This document shows positions 1 through 8,782 of a stretch of DNA of 64,000 bases, piece after piece. Where the stretch lies: the NCBI GenBank assembly GCA_043810925.1, contig JBDRNT010000089.1:37191-101190 (forward strand). The letters are read 5' to 3'. Both the position numbers and the translations under genes were made by a program. The notes beneath the pieces are model-generated. The model was not told the DNA's origin, did no database searches, and saw only the letters and a list, made by a program, of their open reading frames with translations. Position 1 is the stretch's first letter, and every line of letters begins with the position of its first letter. Source of the stretch: Candidatus Eiseniibacteriota bacterium (GTDB lineage: Bacteria > Arandabacterota > Arandabacteria > Arandabacterales > Arandabacteraceae).

Positions 1-1293
1 ATAGTCGTCCACCTTGGGAGCCAGGGTGGTCACCAGTGATTCTGCACCCGGATGAGTTGGACGGGCCCCGGACTTCTCGACCACTTCTCTCAGGATCTCC
101 GGGTTGTCGATCAACATGCACGGCATCCTGTGATCATGGTTAAAGGGTTGCTTGGCCCGGATACTCCGGAAGAACGGCGAGTTGATCACTTCCTTAAGAC
201 TCTTGCCCTTTATGTTGTCCACCGCGAAATGCGCAAACACACATGGTTCGACATCGCCATGACAGTTGATGTGCAGGTACTTCTTGGCGCCTGCAATGCA
301 GCCGTCAACATAATCCCCGTCATTCCAGAAATCGGCTACGAAGATCGGCCTGGTCTTTCTGAAGTAACGTACCCGCTGTCCTACCCACCGTCTCTGTTCC
401 GGTGTCGGCATGAGGTCGACGTCCGGGTTCTTCCCGATGGGCATGTAGATAAACACCCAGCCCAGGAAGCACCCTCTCGCGACCCATTCATCGATGAACT
501 CATCGGTCGTTACGAAGTCGGCGTTCTCGCGTGTTACAGTAAGCGAGAAACCGAAGACACCCTTTCGCCTGTTGAGGTTTTCCATGGCCTCGGTTATCTT
601 CTTGAAGGTGCCTTTGCCTCTGCGCTTGTCGGTCTCCTCCTCGAAGCCCTCGACGCTGATACACGGCCAGACGTTTCCCAGCTCGACCAACCGTCCGCAT
701 GTAGCGTCGTCAAGAAGGGTCCCATTGGTGTAGACCTGAAAAACACAGTCATTGTGCTTCTCGAAGATGTCCATCAGACCGTCCCAGACGAACGGCTCGC
801 CTCCCGAGACGATGTAAAGGAAGATGCCGAGTTCCTTGCCCTCCGTGACGATTCTATCGAATTCTTCGAAAGGAAGATCCTCCTCTTTTGTATAATTGCC
901 AGCATAGCAGCCGTAGCACTTAAGATTGCATCTCATTGTAGGACTTATGACAAGTAATGATGGGGGATAGAATCCTTCCGTCTCATTCATTCGATGTCTT
1001 CGGTTGGGAGCGATCAGCCCTTCCTTGACGATGAGATTCCGAAGAAGCTTGTTCCGGACACTCGGATTGATGTCCCGCAGGAATCTCATGGCCAGCTTGG
1101 CTCCGGGGTGACCGTCCTGGAACTTCTCACGTGCGCTCTTTATGACGCCTGACCAGTAATCGTTGGTTGTTATCTTCTCAACAACCGATACGACCTTGAG
1201 CAGTGCATCATCGGAACCCCGGGCGGCGATGGCGACCATCTTCTCAAACGCCTTCTGGATGGTCTTCTCCTCGATCTGCTCCAGAATGCTCAT
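1..1293 (-). CDS. Radical SAM/SPASM-type protein (3' end runs off the window)
   Basis: Manual minus-strand translation from ATG at 1293 (SD GGGAGG upstream): MSILEQIEEK...SPTMRCNLKCYGCYAG (CxxxCxxC), SGGEP, YTNGT, C-terminal GCIAG...HINCHGDVEPC. Absent from the ORF track because there is no stop in the window. Confidence 0.9.
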   Translation of the reverse strand, partial: MSILEQIEEKTIQKAFEKMVAIAARGSDDALLKVVSVVEKITTNDYWSGVIKSAREKFQDGHPGAKLAMRFLRDINPSVRNKLLRNLIVKEGLIAPNRRHRMNETEGFYPPSLLVISPTMRCNLKCYGCYAGNYTKEEDLPFEEFDRIVTEGKELGIFLYIVSGGEPFVWDGLMDIFEKHNDCVFQVYTNGTLLDDATCGRLVELGNVWPCISVEGFEEETDKRRGKGTFKKITEAMENLNRRKGVFGFSLTVTRENADFVTTDEFIDEWVARGCFLGWVFIYMPIGKNPDVDLMPTPEQRRWVGQRVRYFRKTRPIFVADFWNDGDYVDGCIAGAKKYLHINCHGDVEPCVFAHFAVDNIKGKSLKEVINSPFFRSIRAKQPFNHDHRMPCMLIDNPEILREVVEKSGARPTHPGAESLVTTLAPKVDDY

Positions 1294-1420
1294 TTTCTCA
1301 CCTCCCTTCGTACCTGAATTGCACACTCCTAGATGCTGCGCCAATGATACAAAACCCCTGCTACAAGTCAATGATAAAGTTGGTTATGGCGAACCCCGGG
1401 CCAAACGGTGTTCAGGTGGC

Positions 1421-1449
1421 TTGACAAACCGGTGGTTGCGCCATACCAT
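1421..1449 (+). promoter_or_regulatory. Sigma70-like promoter for the HAD gene
   Basis: TTGACA-N17-TACCAT. Confidence 0.6.
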
Positions 1450-1478
1450 TGCCTCCTGAGCGACAGGAGGGATATGCC

Positions 1479-2168
1479 GTGGGGGACTTCGGTCCGTGTG
1501 AGACTTCACCTGATATCGTCGTATTGGACTTCGATGGGACAATTCTTGACTCGATGCCGTTTCTGACCGAGCTGGCAGCTTCGCTCCTTTCCACCCGCTA
1601 TGGGATGGCGCACGAGGAGGCGAGGCAGGCATACATAAAGACCACGGGTCTTCCGTTCGTCCAGCAGATTGAAATCGTCTTCCCGGGGGACTCGCGCAAC
1701 CCGGTCACAGTGGAGGCTTTCGAGGAGGAGAAGCGCCGGCGCATGATGGAGTTTGAGCTTTTCCCGGATGTCCATCCCGCCGTTGGCGAGATCAGACGGA
1801 ACGGCATAAAGGTCTGTGTCTCAAGCGGCAACTTCGAGAGACTCATTGAAAGGTTTCTCAAACTCAGGAAGCTCGACGTTGACCTCGTCCTGGGATACCG
1901 GCCCGGGTTCGAGAAAGGGCCCGATCACTTCAAGTTCATTATAAAGAGGTTCGGCTCGGCATTCGACAGGATGGTCTTTGTAGGGGACAGCCACAAGGAC
2001 TGGCTCTCCGCAGAGGCAATGGGTGTCAGGTTCATAGCGCGAGCGGGGCTGCATACCGCCCGGGAGCTCGGTGTCCTGCTTCCCGGAGTGCCCGTAATCA
2101 ATTCGCTTGATCAGGTGATGCCTCTTGTGGGCATAAAAATAGCCCCAGAGGATTCTGGGGCCGGGTAA
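1479..2168 (+). CDS. HAD-superfamily hydrolase
   Basis: Motif I LDFDGTILDS and FVGDSHKD; GTG start at 1479 after AGGAGG. Confidence 0.85.
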   Translation: MGDFGPCETSPDIVVLDFDGTILDSMPFLTELAASLLSTRYGMAHEEARQAYIKTTGLPFVQQIEIVFPGDSRNPVTVEAFEEEKRRRMMEFELFPDVHPAVGEIRRNGIKVCVSSGNFERLIERFLKLRKLDVDLVLGYRPGFEKGPDHFKFIIKRFGSAFDRMVFVGDSHKDWLSAEAMGVRFIARAGLHTARELGVLLPGVPVINSLDQVMPLVGIKIAPEDSGAG

Positions 2169-2182
2169 TCCTCACAGACTTC

Positions 2183-2401
2183 CTAGATGTTCGGCAGGAG
2201 ATCGACTACCTTCTGGATTATACTGCCCTCGAAAACGAAAGCAACCCTGTCATCGAAGTAATACCAGGTGTAAACCTTTCCGTTACGTAAGGTTTCGTCG
2301 GGTTTGCCGTAAATCCTGGCTACGGAATACTGCAGGCTTGCTTCTCCGTGTTCCCCGGCAATTTCCAGAGCGAAGTCACGATTCCCGGAAATTTCCACCA
2401 T
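2183..2401 (-). CDS. Small hypothetical protein (~72 aa)
   Basis: AAGGAG SD before ATG at 2401; minus-strand TTGACT-N18-TATAAT promoter with extended TG at 2473-2502. Confidence 0.6.
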   Translation of the reverse strand: MVEISGNRDFALEIAGEHGEASLQYSVARIYGKPDETLRNGKVYTWYYFDDRVAFVFEGSIIQKVVDLLPNI

Positions 2402-2590
2402 GTCTTGTCTCACTCCTTAATGATGTTTTCTCTCGAGCCAAGGCACGGGGCTTTCCCTTTCAGACTGAGAACATTATACCATAGGCATCCGGGAAAAGTC
2501 AAGATTTATCACATGCGGGTTAAGGTCAACGCCTGTAAACTCAATGGATTCCCTCCTTACGGGCGACCCCGTCCGGGCGCCTGAGCCACG

Positions 2591-2670
2591 CGACTGCCCG
2601 GGGTCATGCCCGGGGTCAGAGCTCGAAAATCGCACCGACTGCCCGGGGTCAGAGCTCGAAAATCACACCG
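2591..2670. repeat. Tandem copies of the GGGGTCAGAGCTCGAAAAT repeat (33-bp period) plus a partial copy
   Basis: tgcccggggtcagagctcgaaaatc(g/a)caccg at 2607 and 2640; partial cgactgcccggggtca at 2591. Confidence 0.85.
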
Positions 2671-2920
2671 CGGCCCCTATGGGATCCTTATTGAAGCCAC
2701 TCGGCCTAAAGGTGTGGTGCTTACTGACCGATGATCCTGGTAACAGGAGGTCGTCGCTCTTCAGCAATCTATCCCGGCAGGCCGGAGTTTCAGCACTTGC
2801 CAGGGGTCACAGCCATGTGCAATTACCGGCAATACGGCTATAGTGGCTTGCTCGACCGTCACCAAATAGAAGTACCGGCACAAGAATTCGAGACATCGAA
2901 TTCTCAGAGGAGACCTGCCG

Positions 2921-4888
2921 ATGAACGCGAGACGTGTTTGCATTACCGTACAGGTGGTTGTCTGGTGCCTTGCCGGCATGATCCACTCACCGGCCCTGGC
3001 CCAGGACGTGCTCCAGGTTGAGGACTTAATGAACATGGACCTCGAGGATCTTCTCAACGTAGAGATTTCGGTGGCCTCGAAGAGGCCGGAGTCACTGTTT
3101 GAGGCGCCGGGAGTTGTCGTGGTCGTTCCCCGCGATGAGTTCGAAATCTACGGAGATAGGAACCTCCACCAGGTACTTCAACGTCAGGCCAGCGTCTATA
3201 CGCGAAGTTCCTTTGTGTATTCGGATAACCTCGCGGCATTCAGAGGTGATATGTCGACCCATGCGGAGATGCACACGCTGCTTCTCTTTAACGGACGGCC
3301 GATCCGGGAGAGCGCACAAGGCCACAATGTCAACATGTACATGGCGTTTCCACTGGCCGGCATTGAAAGCATCGAGCTGATTCGCGGACCGGGATCCGTG
3401 CTGTATGGAACCAATGCTTTCACAGGCGTGGTCAATCTTAATTCCCGGACGGTTCCCGAGCAACCCGGACTCACGGTCTTCTCTGCCGCAGGCAGCAACC
3501 GATACTATGAGACGACCGTCTCGGGGGGAGGCCGCTTCGGTGACCTTGGCTTCGTCGCAGCTGCCCGCGTCGCCGGCCAGGGCGGATACACATACTCGCT
3601 GTTCGATCAGGCGGGCGTCCACGGTACCGACAAGAAACATGATAGGAGCATCTCGGGAGTGGGGCACCTGGCCTATCGGGACTTCACTCTGGACTTCTTC
3701 GGGTCCCACGTAGATGCCTTCACCCTGGGTGTCCAGCCGTTCTGGTCCAACCCTCATCACTCAATCTGCAACAAGAAGCTCTTTGCAAACGCCGGGTATC
3801 GAGCCAGAGTGCACGATCGAATGACCCTGGATCTGAACGTCACTTATAACATTCAGGAGAACAGCCTCTCAAGTCCGGCCCCCATGATGATCGGCACCAA
3901 TACCTCGGACTTGCTCGGCGAGATGACGCTCTTCGCCGATCCCCTTGACAACCTGAGCGTAGTCCTGGGTTACCTGCAGGAGTACCGGATGAACTACGAG
4001 CCAGAGGCCGACCACTTCCAGTCCATCCCTCCATATCATTATTCGCCGAAGAGTGCGTACGCGCAGGGTGACTACAAGGTCGGCACGTATCTTAAGCTGA
4101 TTGCCGGTACCCAATGGAACGAATCATCACAGGACTATTCGGATTTCGTGTCTCGATACGGGGCAATTATCACCCCGTTTGACAGGTGGGGTGTGAAGTT
4201 CCTGCGTGGGCAGGCCTTCCGTGCTCCTGTGACGCTGGAGTCGGACCTCAATGACCCGCCGATCCTTGTCGGTAACAAGAATCTTAAACCCGAGACGATC
4301 GTCACCTATGACGCACAGCTCTTCTATAACGGCGCAAGCACCCACGCCGCAGTCACCTACTTCAACAGTGCCATTGATGGTCTGATCATCTATGACGCCG
4401 GCGTGAGCCCCATGTCATATATGAATGGGGGCGAACAGAAGTTTGACGGGATCGAGGTTGAAGCCACGCACTACTTCACACCGGACTGGCATGTGCTGGG
4501 CTCATACACGCACCAGGAGAACGAAGCCGATGTCGGTGTCAATCCGAGTGTAGTACCGAAGGACATGGCCAAGATAGGTACCGGGTACGCGTCGGCGTGG
4601 TGGGATGCCTCGTTCTTCTACAGCTACTTCGGCAAGCCGCCCACTATCGAGTCACCACTTGTCGTCAACCCGGCCCCGGAGGCTCTGAATCTGGTTACGC
4701 TGAATGTCCGTACGGATCCGTCCGGATTGCTGGGTCTCGACAGGGGTAGGATGATCCTGAGTGTCCGCGTCGAAAACGCCTTGAATGAGGAAGTCCATGT
4801 TCCGACGTTCGCCTACACAGGTTCGCCGAACTCCTTTCCCTACGGCCCGGGTACGGCAGTGTATGCGGACGTGGCAGTCAACTTCTAA
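2921..4888 (+). CDS. TonB-dependent receptor
   Basis: Signal peptide; DLMNMDLEDLLNVEISVASK; plug motif IESIELIRGPGSVLYGTNAFTGVVNL; NLKPET; terminal Phe. Confidence 0.92.
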   Translation: MNARRVCITVQVVVWCLAGMIHSPALAQDVLQVEDLMNMDLEDLLNVEISVASKRPESLFEAPGVVVVVPRDEFEIYGDRNLHQVLQRQASVYTRSSFVYSDNLAAFRGDMSTHAEMHTLLLFNGRPIRESAQGHNVNMYMAFPLAGIESIELIRGPGSVLYGTNAFTGVVNLNSRTVPEQPGLTVFSAAGSNRYYETTVSGGGRFGDLGFVAAARVAGQGGYTYSLFDQAGVHGTDKKHDRSISGVGHLAYRDFTLDFFGSHVDAFTLGVQPFWSNPHHSICNKKLFANAGYRARVHDRMTLDLNVTYNIQENSLSSPAPMMIGTNTSDLLGEMTLFADPLDNLSVVLGYLQEYRMNYEPEADHFQSIPPYHYSPKSAYAQGDYKVGTYLKLIAGTQWNESSQDYSDFVSRYGAIITPFDRWGVKFLRGQAFRAPVTLESDLNDPPILVGNKNLKPETIVTYDAQLFYNGASTHAAVTYFNSAIDGLIIYDAGVSPMSYMNGGEQKFDGIEVEATHYFTPDWHVLGSYTHQENEADVGVNPSVVPKDMAKIGTGYASAWWDASFFYSYFGKPPTIESPLVVNPAPEALNLVTLNVRTDPSGLLGLDRGRMILSVRVENALNEEVHVPTFAYTGSPNSFPYGPGTAVYADVAVNF

Positions 4889-4906
4889 GCATCACAGCCC
4901 CATGCA

Positions 4907-4935
4907 AATTCCCCGGGGTCAGAGCTCGAAAGTTG
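4907..4935. repeat. Single GGGGTCAGAGCTCGAAA repeat copy
   Basis: aattccccggggtcagagctcgaaagttg immediately after the receptor stop codon. Confidence 0.8.
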
Positions 4936-5216
4936 CGCCGCGGTGAGCCGCTTCCTTCCTTGAATCAGGGCGGGACAAGCGCTATGCTTGGATGGTCCCG
5001 GCCTCGGAGCGGACGAGAAAATCATCCTTACCCTGATCGGCAACTCGGGTGAGGCCCTGTGGCCGCTGGTGAGAGAGACTGAAGACCTTCTAGCTCTGTG
5101 AGAGACTGGTCTCAGGTAATATCTTTATAGTGCCGATAAGACTGTTGAAATCTTGACAGTTCGCGGTGCGGTGCTTACCCTGTGTGCACACAGTGATGCT
5201 TCACAAGGAGGAATAG

Positions 5217-6203
5217 TTGGCGGAGAAGATCCTTGTTACGGGCGGAGCGGGATACGTTGGGTCGGTGTGCGTCTCGCTGCTCATAGAGAAGGGCTATGAG
5301 GTCGTGATCTATGACAATCTATCGGCCGGGCACAGGGAGGCTGTTACTGGGAACGTATTGCTCGAAGTCGGCGACCTCGCCGATCGCGCGAGACTGTCGG
5401 AGGTCTTTGAGTCCCACGCCCCGGATTTCGTCATGCACTTCGCGGCAAGCTGCCTCGTCGGGCAGTCCTATCATGAGCCGATACTCTACTACAGGAACAA
5501 CGTAGCCAACGCCGCCAACCTGGTCGACGTTATGCTTGAGCACGATGTTCGTGCCATCATCTTCTCCTCTTCCTGCGCCGTCTATGGCGAGCCTGTGCGT
5601 GTACCGATGACCGAAGACGATCCCAAGAACCCGATAAATCCCTATGGTAGGACCAAACTCACGTTCGAGCATCTGCTTGAGGATTGCGATTCCGCACACG
5701 GCCTTAAGAGCGTGGCGCTGCGCTACTTCAATGCTGCAGGAGCAACAGACGAACTCGGGGAAGACCACGATCCCGAGACCCATCTTATACCCATAGTCCT
5801 TAAGGTCCCGCTCGGATTACTTGAAGGGGTGGAGGTTTTCGGGGATGACTACGCGACTCCCGACGGAACCTGCGTAAGAGACTACGTACACGTGAGCGAC
5901 CGGGCCGCCGCGCATGAGAGCGCGCTTGAGATTCTGAGACAGGGCAAGTCGGACAGGATCAATCTCGGCAACGGTAACGGTTTCTCGGTCCTCGATGTCA
6001 TACGGGCATCGGAGCAGGTCACAGGCAAGAGCATACCGTCCAGGGTCTCTCCGCGGCGGAAGGGCGACCCGGCCACTCTCGTCGCCGGTGCCGCGAGGGC
6101 CGCCGATGTACTGGACTGGCATCCGTCATACACTTCGCTTGAAGCCATTATTGAGACCGCCTGGAAGTGGCACAAGGAGCACCCGCATGGGTACCGACGT
6201 TGA
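5217..6203 (+). CDS. galE: UDP-glucose 4-epimerase
   Basis: TGGAGYVGS, YGRTK, LRYFNAAGA, PDGTCVRDYVHV; TTG start after AAGGAGG. Confidence 0.95.
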   Translation: MAEKILVTGGAGYVGSVCVSLLIEKGYEVVIYDNLSAGHREAVTGNVLLEVGDLADRARLSEVFESHAPDFVMHFAASCLVGQSYHEPILYYRNNVANAANLVDVMLEHDVRAIIFSSSCAVYGEPVRVPMTEDDPKNPINPYGRTKLTFEHLLEDCDSAHGLKSVALRYFNAAGATDELGEDHDPETHLIPIVLKVPLGLLEGVEVFGDDYATPDGTCVRDYVHVSDRAAAHESALEILRQGKSDRINLGNGNGFSVLDVIRASEQVTGKSIPSRVSPRRKGDPATLVAGAARAADVLDWHPSYTSLEAIIETAWKWHKEHPHGYRR

Positions 6204-8181
6204 CAGGACCGCCGATTCAGGCGAGCTTTCAAAGATGGTCACCGATCTCGAGACAAGGAGCAACCATCTTGAACAGTCGAACCAACACATGCGGCTGCTT
6301 CTTGAGATCCTGGGTCTGGTCCAGGGCGCTGACGATCTTGAAGCGATGCTCAGCATCATACTCACGTGTGTGACGTCAGGCTATTCTCTGGGCTTTAACC
6401 GCGCGTTTCTCTTTCTCCTGGACAAGGGTGGGAGGTCCCTGCGCGGTTCGCTTGCAGTTGGACCGAAGAGCGTCGAAGAGGCGCAGGAGATCTGGAAGAA
6501 CGTAGAGGAGAAAGCCGGCGGGCTTGAAGAGATGGTGTCGGCGTCGAGTGCCGGTGGACTTGAGGGTGACAGGGAACTGACGGAAATGGTACGGGACATC
6601 CGGATCTCGGTAGGCGATGGTGCTTCGCTTCTTGACACGTGTCTTTCGGATGGCGAACCAATCGTTGTCACCGACCTGTCCGTTGTGAACGAGACGGATG
6701 TTCTGAGGAGGCTTGGTTCGAGCTCGTTCGTCTGCGCTCCGATAGTGACCGATGGACGCCCCATTGGAGTTGTGGTTGCAGACAATATGATCACGGGCCG
6801 TGTGCCGTCCGGGGAGCAGGTCAATCTCCTTAGAATGTTGGGGAACCAGGTCGGCGAGATCGTCACACACGCAAGTCATCATGATGACATCGAGCGACGG
6901 CTGCGCGAGCTATCCACTCTCAACGAGGTCTGCAAGGGCATTCTCTCAACGACGGATCTCGAAACCGATCTTGCGTTGATTGCAAGGATCTCGGCCCAGG
7001 TCCTCAACGCAACAGGCGCGGCACTGAGACTTGTTGAAGACGATACGGGTGCGCTGGTCATACAGGCTTTCTATGGCGCGACAGCCGATGAAGAGGCATC
7101 CGAAGCGGGTGCTCAGGCGATTGCCGAGACGGTTGCCCGGGATGGAAAGCCTCTCCTGACGGGGAGCGGTACTACCGGCACGGAAACGGACGGCGGGATT
7201 GTGCCGGCCATGAGTCTTATATGTGTCCCTCTTACAAAGGCCGACCGCGTGATAGGCACACTGACGGTTTTCGGAAGAGGCGAGACCGACTCGTTCAGAT
7301 CCGGGGGATTCGGTCAGGACGATCTCCGGTTCCTCAGCGTACTGGGCGGTCAGGCCGCCATAGCCATTGAAAATGCAAAACTATTCGGCAGTCTCAGGAA
7401 GACACAGCAGAGAATCCGCGAGCTGCATGAACACCTCCTGCGATCGGAGAGGCTTGCCGCGCTTGGTGAGTTGAGCTCCCAGGTCGCACATGAAATAAGG
7501 AATCCACTCACTGCAATCGGCGGTTTTGCCAGATCGATAGAACGGCAGATGGATTCGGACGATCCGGAGCGCGACTCCATAGAGACGATAATAAGGGAGA
7601 CTGAGAGGCTTGAGCGAATCCTCACGGAGCAGCTCTGCTTTGCCCGGATATCCCCGCCGGAGTTCGAGTCCGACGACATAAACAAGGTGATCCGGGAAAC
7701 CGTCAACCTGTTTGCCGAGAGGATAGAATCGAGGAATGCCGGTCTTGAGATGGATCTTGCCGAGGACATACCGATGATGAGCATCGATCCCGGCAAGATT
7801 AAGCAGGTGCTTGTGAACCTGGTTCAAAACGCGATTGAGTGTATCTCAGACGGTGGAAACATCAGGATTTCAAGTAACAAGTGTGACCGGGTGGCGGAAG
7901 TGCGCGTGGCCAATGACGGTCCGCCGATTCCACCGGAGATTCTCGACAGGTTGTTTGTGCCGTTTGCGACGACCAAAGCCAGCGGTACGGGTCTCGGTCT
8001 TGCAATCGCGTCTGAGATCATCTACGAGCACGGCGGGACGATCGATGTCTCAAGTGGGGCGGAGTCCGGTACGGTGTTTCTGATATCGCTTCCGCTCACA
8101 CTGGAAGGTGACAGACGCAGGGGTCCGATAGACAGAAGAAGCGTAATGCGGGACAGACGGAGATTTAGTAGAATTCCTTAG
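6187..8181 (+). CDS. Tandem-GAF sensor histidine kinase
   Basis: Two GAF-like regions, H-box AHEIRNPL, N-box NLVQNA, GTGLGL; ATG at 6187 after AAGGAG is preferred over the ORF-track start 5995. Confidence 0.9.
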   Translation: MGTDVDRTADSGELSKMVTDLETRSNHLEQSNQHMRLLLEILGLVQGADDLEAMLSIILTCVTSGYSLGFNRAFLFLLDKGGRSLRGSLAVGPKSVEEAQEIWKNVEEKAGGLEEMVSASSAGGLEGDRELTEMVRDIRISVGDGASLLDTCLSDGEPIVVTDLSVVNETDVLRRLGSSSFVCAPIVTDGRPIGVVVADNMITGRVPSGEQVNLLRMLGNQVGEIVTHASHHDDIERRLRELSTLNEVCKGILSTTDLETDLALIARISAQVLNATGAALRLVEDDTGALVIQAFYGATADEEASEAGAQAIAETVARDGKPLLTGSGTTGTETDGGIVPAMSLICVPLTKADRVIGTLTVFGRGETDSFRSGGFGQDDLRFLSVLGGQAAIAIENAKLFGSLRKTQQRIRELHEHLLRSERLAALGELSSQVAHEIRNPLTAIGGFARSIERQMDSDDPERDSIETIIRETERLERILTEQLCFARISPPEFESDDINKVIRETVNLFAERIESRNAGLEMDLAEDIPMMSIDPGKIKQVLVNLVQNAIECISDGGNIRISSNKCDRVAEVRVANDGPPIPPEILDRLFVPFATTKASGTGLGLAIASEIIYEHGGTIDVSSGAESGTVFLISLPLTLEGDRRRGPIDRRSVMRDRRRFSRIP

Positions 8182-8199
8182 ACAGTACGGGGGTAGGAT

Positions 8200-8556
8200 A
8201 TGGCAAGAGTGCTGGTGGTAGATGACGATGCCAGTCTGCGCGCGCTCTATACCAAGGAGCTGACGTACGAAGGCCACGAGGTTGCGGTGGCAGCGTCGGG
8301 CAACGAGGCTCTTGAGAGCATAGGCGAGAGCCGGCCGGACATCGTAGTGCTGGACATAAAGATGGAGGGTATGGACGGGCTTTCTGCACTCGATGAGATC
8401 ATGAAGATCGACAGGACAATACCGGTGATTCTTAACACCGCTTATTCGACTTTCAAGTCGGACTTCACAACGTGGAGCGCGGACGCATATGTCGTCAAGT
8501 CGAGTGACATGAAGGAGCTTAAGGAGACCATCGACCAGATCCTCCAGGCACACTAA
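8200..8556 (+). CDS. Single-domain response regulator (receiver)
   Basis: VLVVDDD, LDIKM, PVILNTA, YVVK. Confidence 0.92.
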   Translation: MARVLVVDDDASLRALYTKELTYEGHEVAVAASGNEALESIGESRPDIVVLDIKMEGMDGLSALDEIMKIDRTIPVILNTAYSTFKSDFTTWSADAYVVKSSDMKELKETIDQILQAH

Positions 8557-8567
8557 AGATGTTTCAC

Positions 8568-8596
8568 TTGACATGGCTCAAGCCTCAAGATAACTT
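8568..8596 (+). promoter_or_regulatory. Sigma70-like promoter for the tRNA pair
   Basis: TTGACA-N17-TAACTT, 11 nt before tRNA-Phe. Confidence 0.65.
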
Positions 8597-8607
8597 GAAT
8601 TTGTGTA

Positions 8608-8683
8608 GACGCGGTAGCTCAGCAGGTAGAGCACAGGACTGAAAATCCTGGTGTCCTCGGTTCGATTCCGAGCCGCGTCACCA
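8608..8683 (+). tRNA. tRNA-Phe (GAA)
   Basis: Cloverleaf, acceptor GACGCGG/CCGCGTC, loop CTGAAAA, TTCGA T-loop, encoded CCA. Confidence 0.97.
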
Positions 8684-8690
8684 CGGTCTT

Positions 8691-8766
8691 GCTGGTGTAG
8701 CTCAGCTGGTAGAGCAACGCACTCGTAATGCGTAGGTCAGCGGTTCGATTCCGCTCACCAGCTCCA
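8691..8766 (+). tRNA. tRNA-Thr (CGT)
   Basis: Acceptor GCTGGTG/CACCAGC, anticodon arm ACGCA-CTCGTAA-TGCGT, CCA. Confidence 0.97.
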
Positions 8767-8782
8767 TCTTGAGGCTGGGTAA

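Noticed and set aside
52-957. 301-aa plus-strand ORF
   Set aside because: Antisense shadow of the radical SAM gene; no recognisable motifs
2591-2670. Possible mini-CRISPR array
   Set aside because: Near-identical tandem units without unique spacers, no cas genes, and the same motif occurs as dispersed inverted repeats
2760-2920. Cobalamin riboswitch before the TonB receptor (GGAGACCTGCC resembles the B12 box end)
   Set aside because: No upstream AGGGAA, GCCACTG or ACTGT core; the match coincides with the SD sequence
5899-5904. galE HVSDRA instead of the usual HVxDLA
   Set aside because: Single-base difference that cannot be separated from error or neutral change
5995-6186. N-terminal extension of the kinase ORF
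   Set aside because: Overlaps galE in another frame; a better SD and ATG are at 6187
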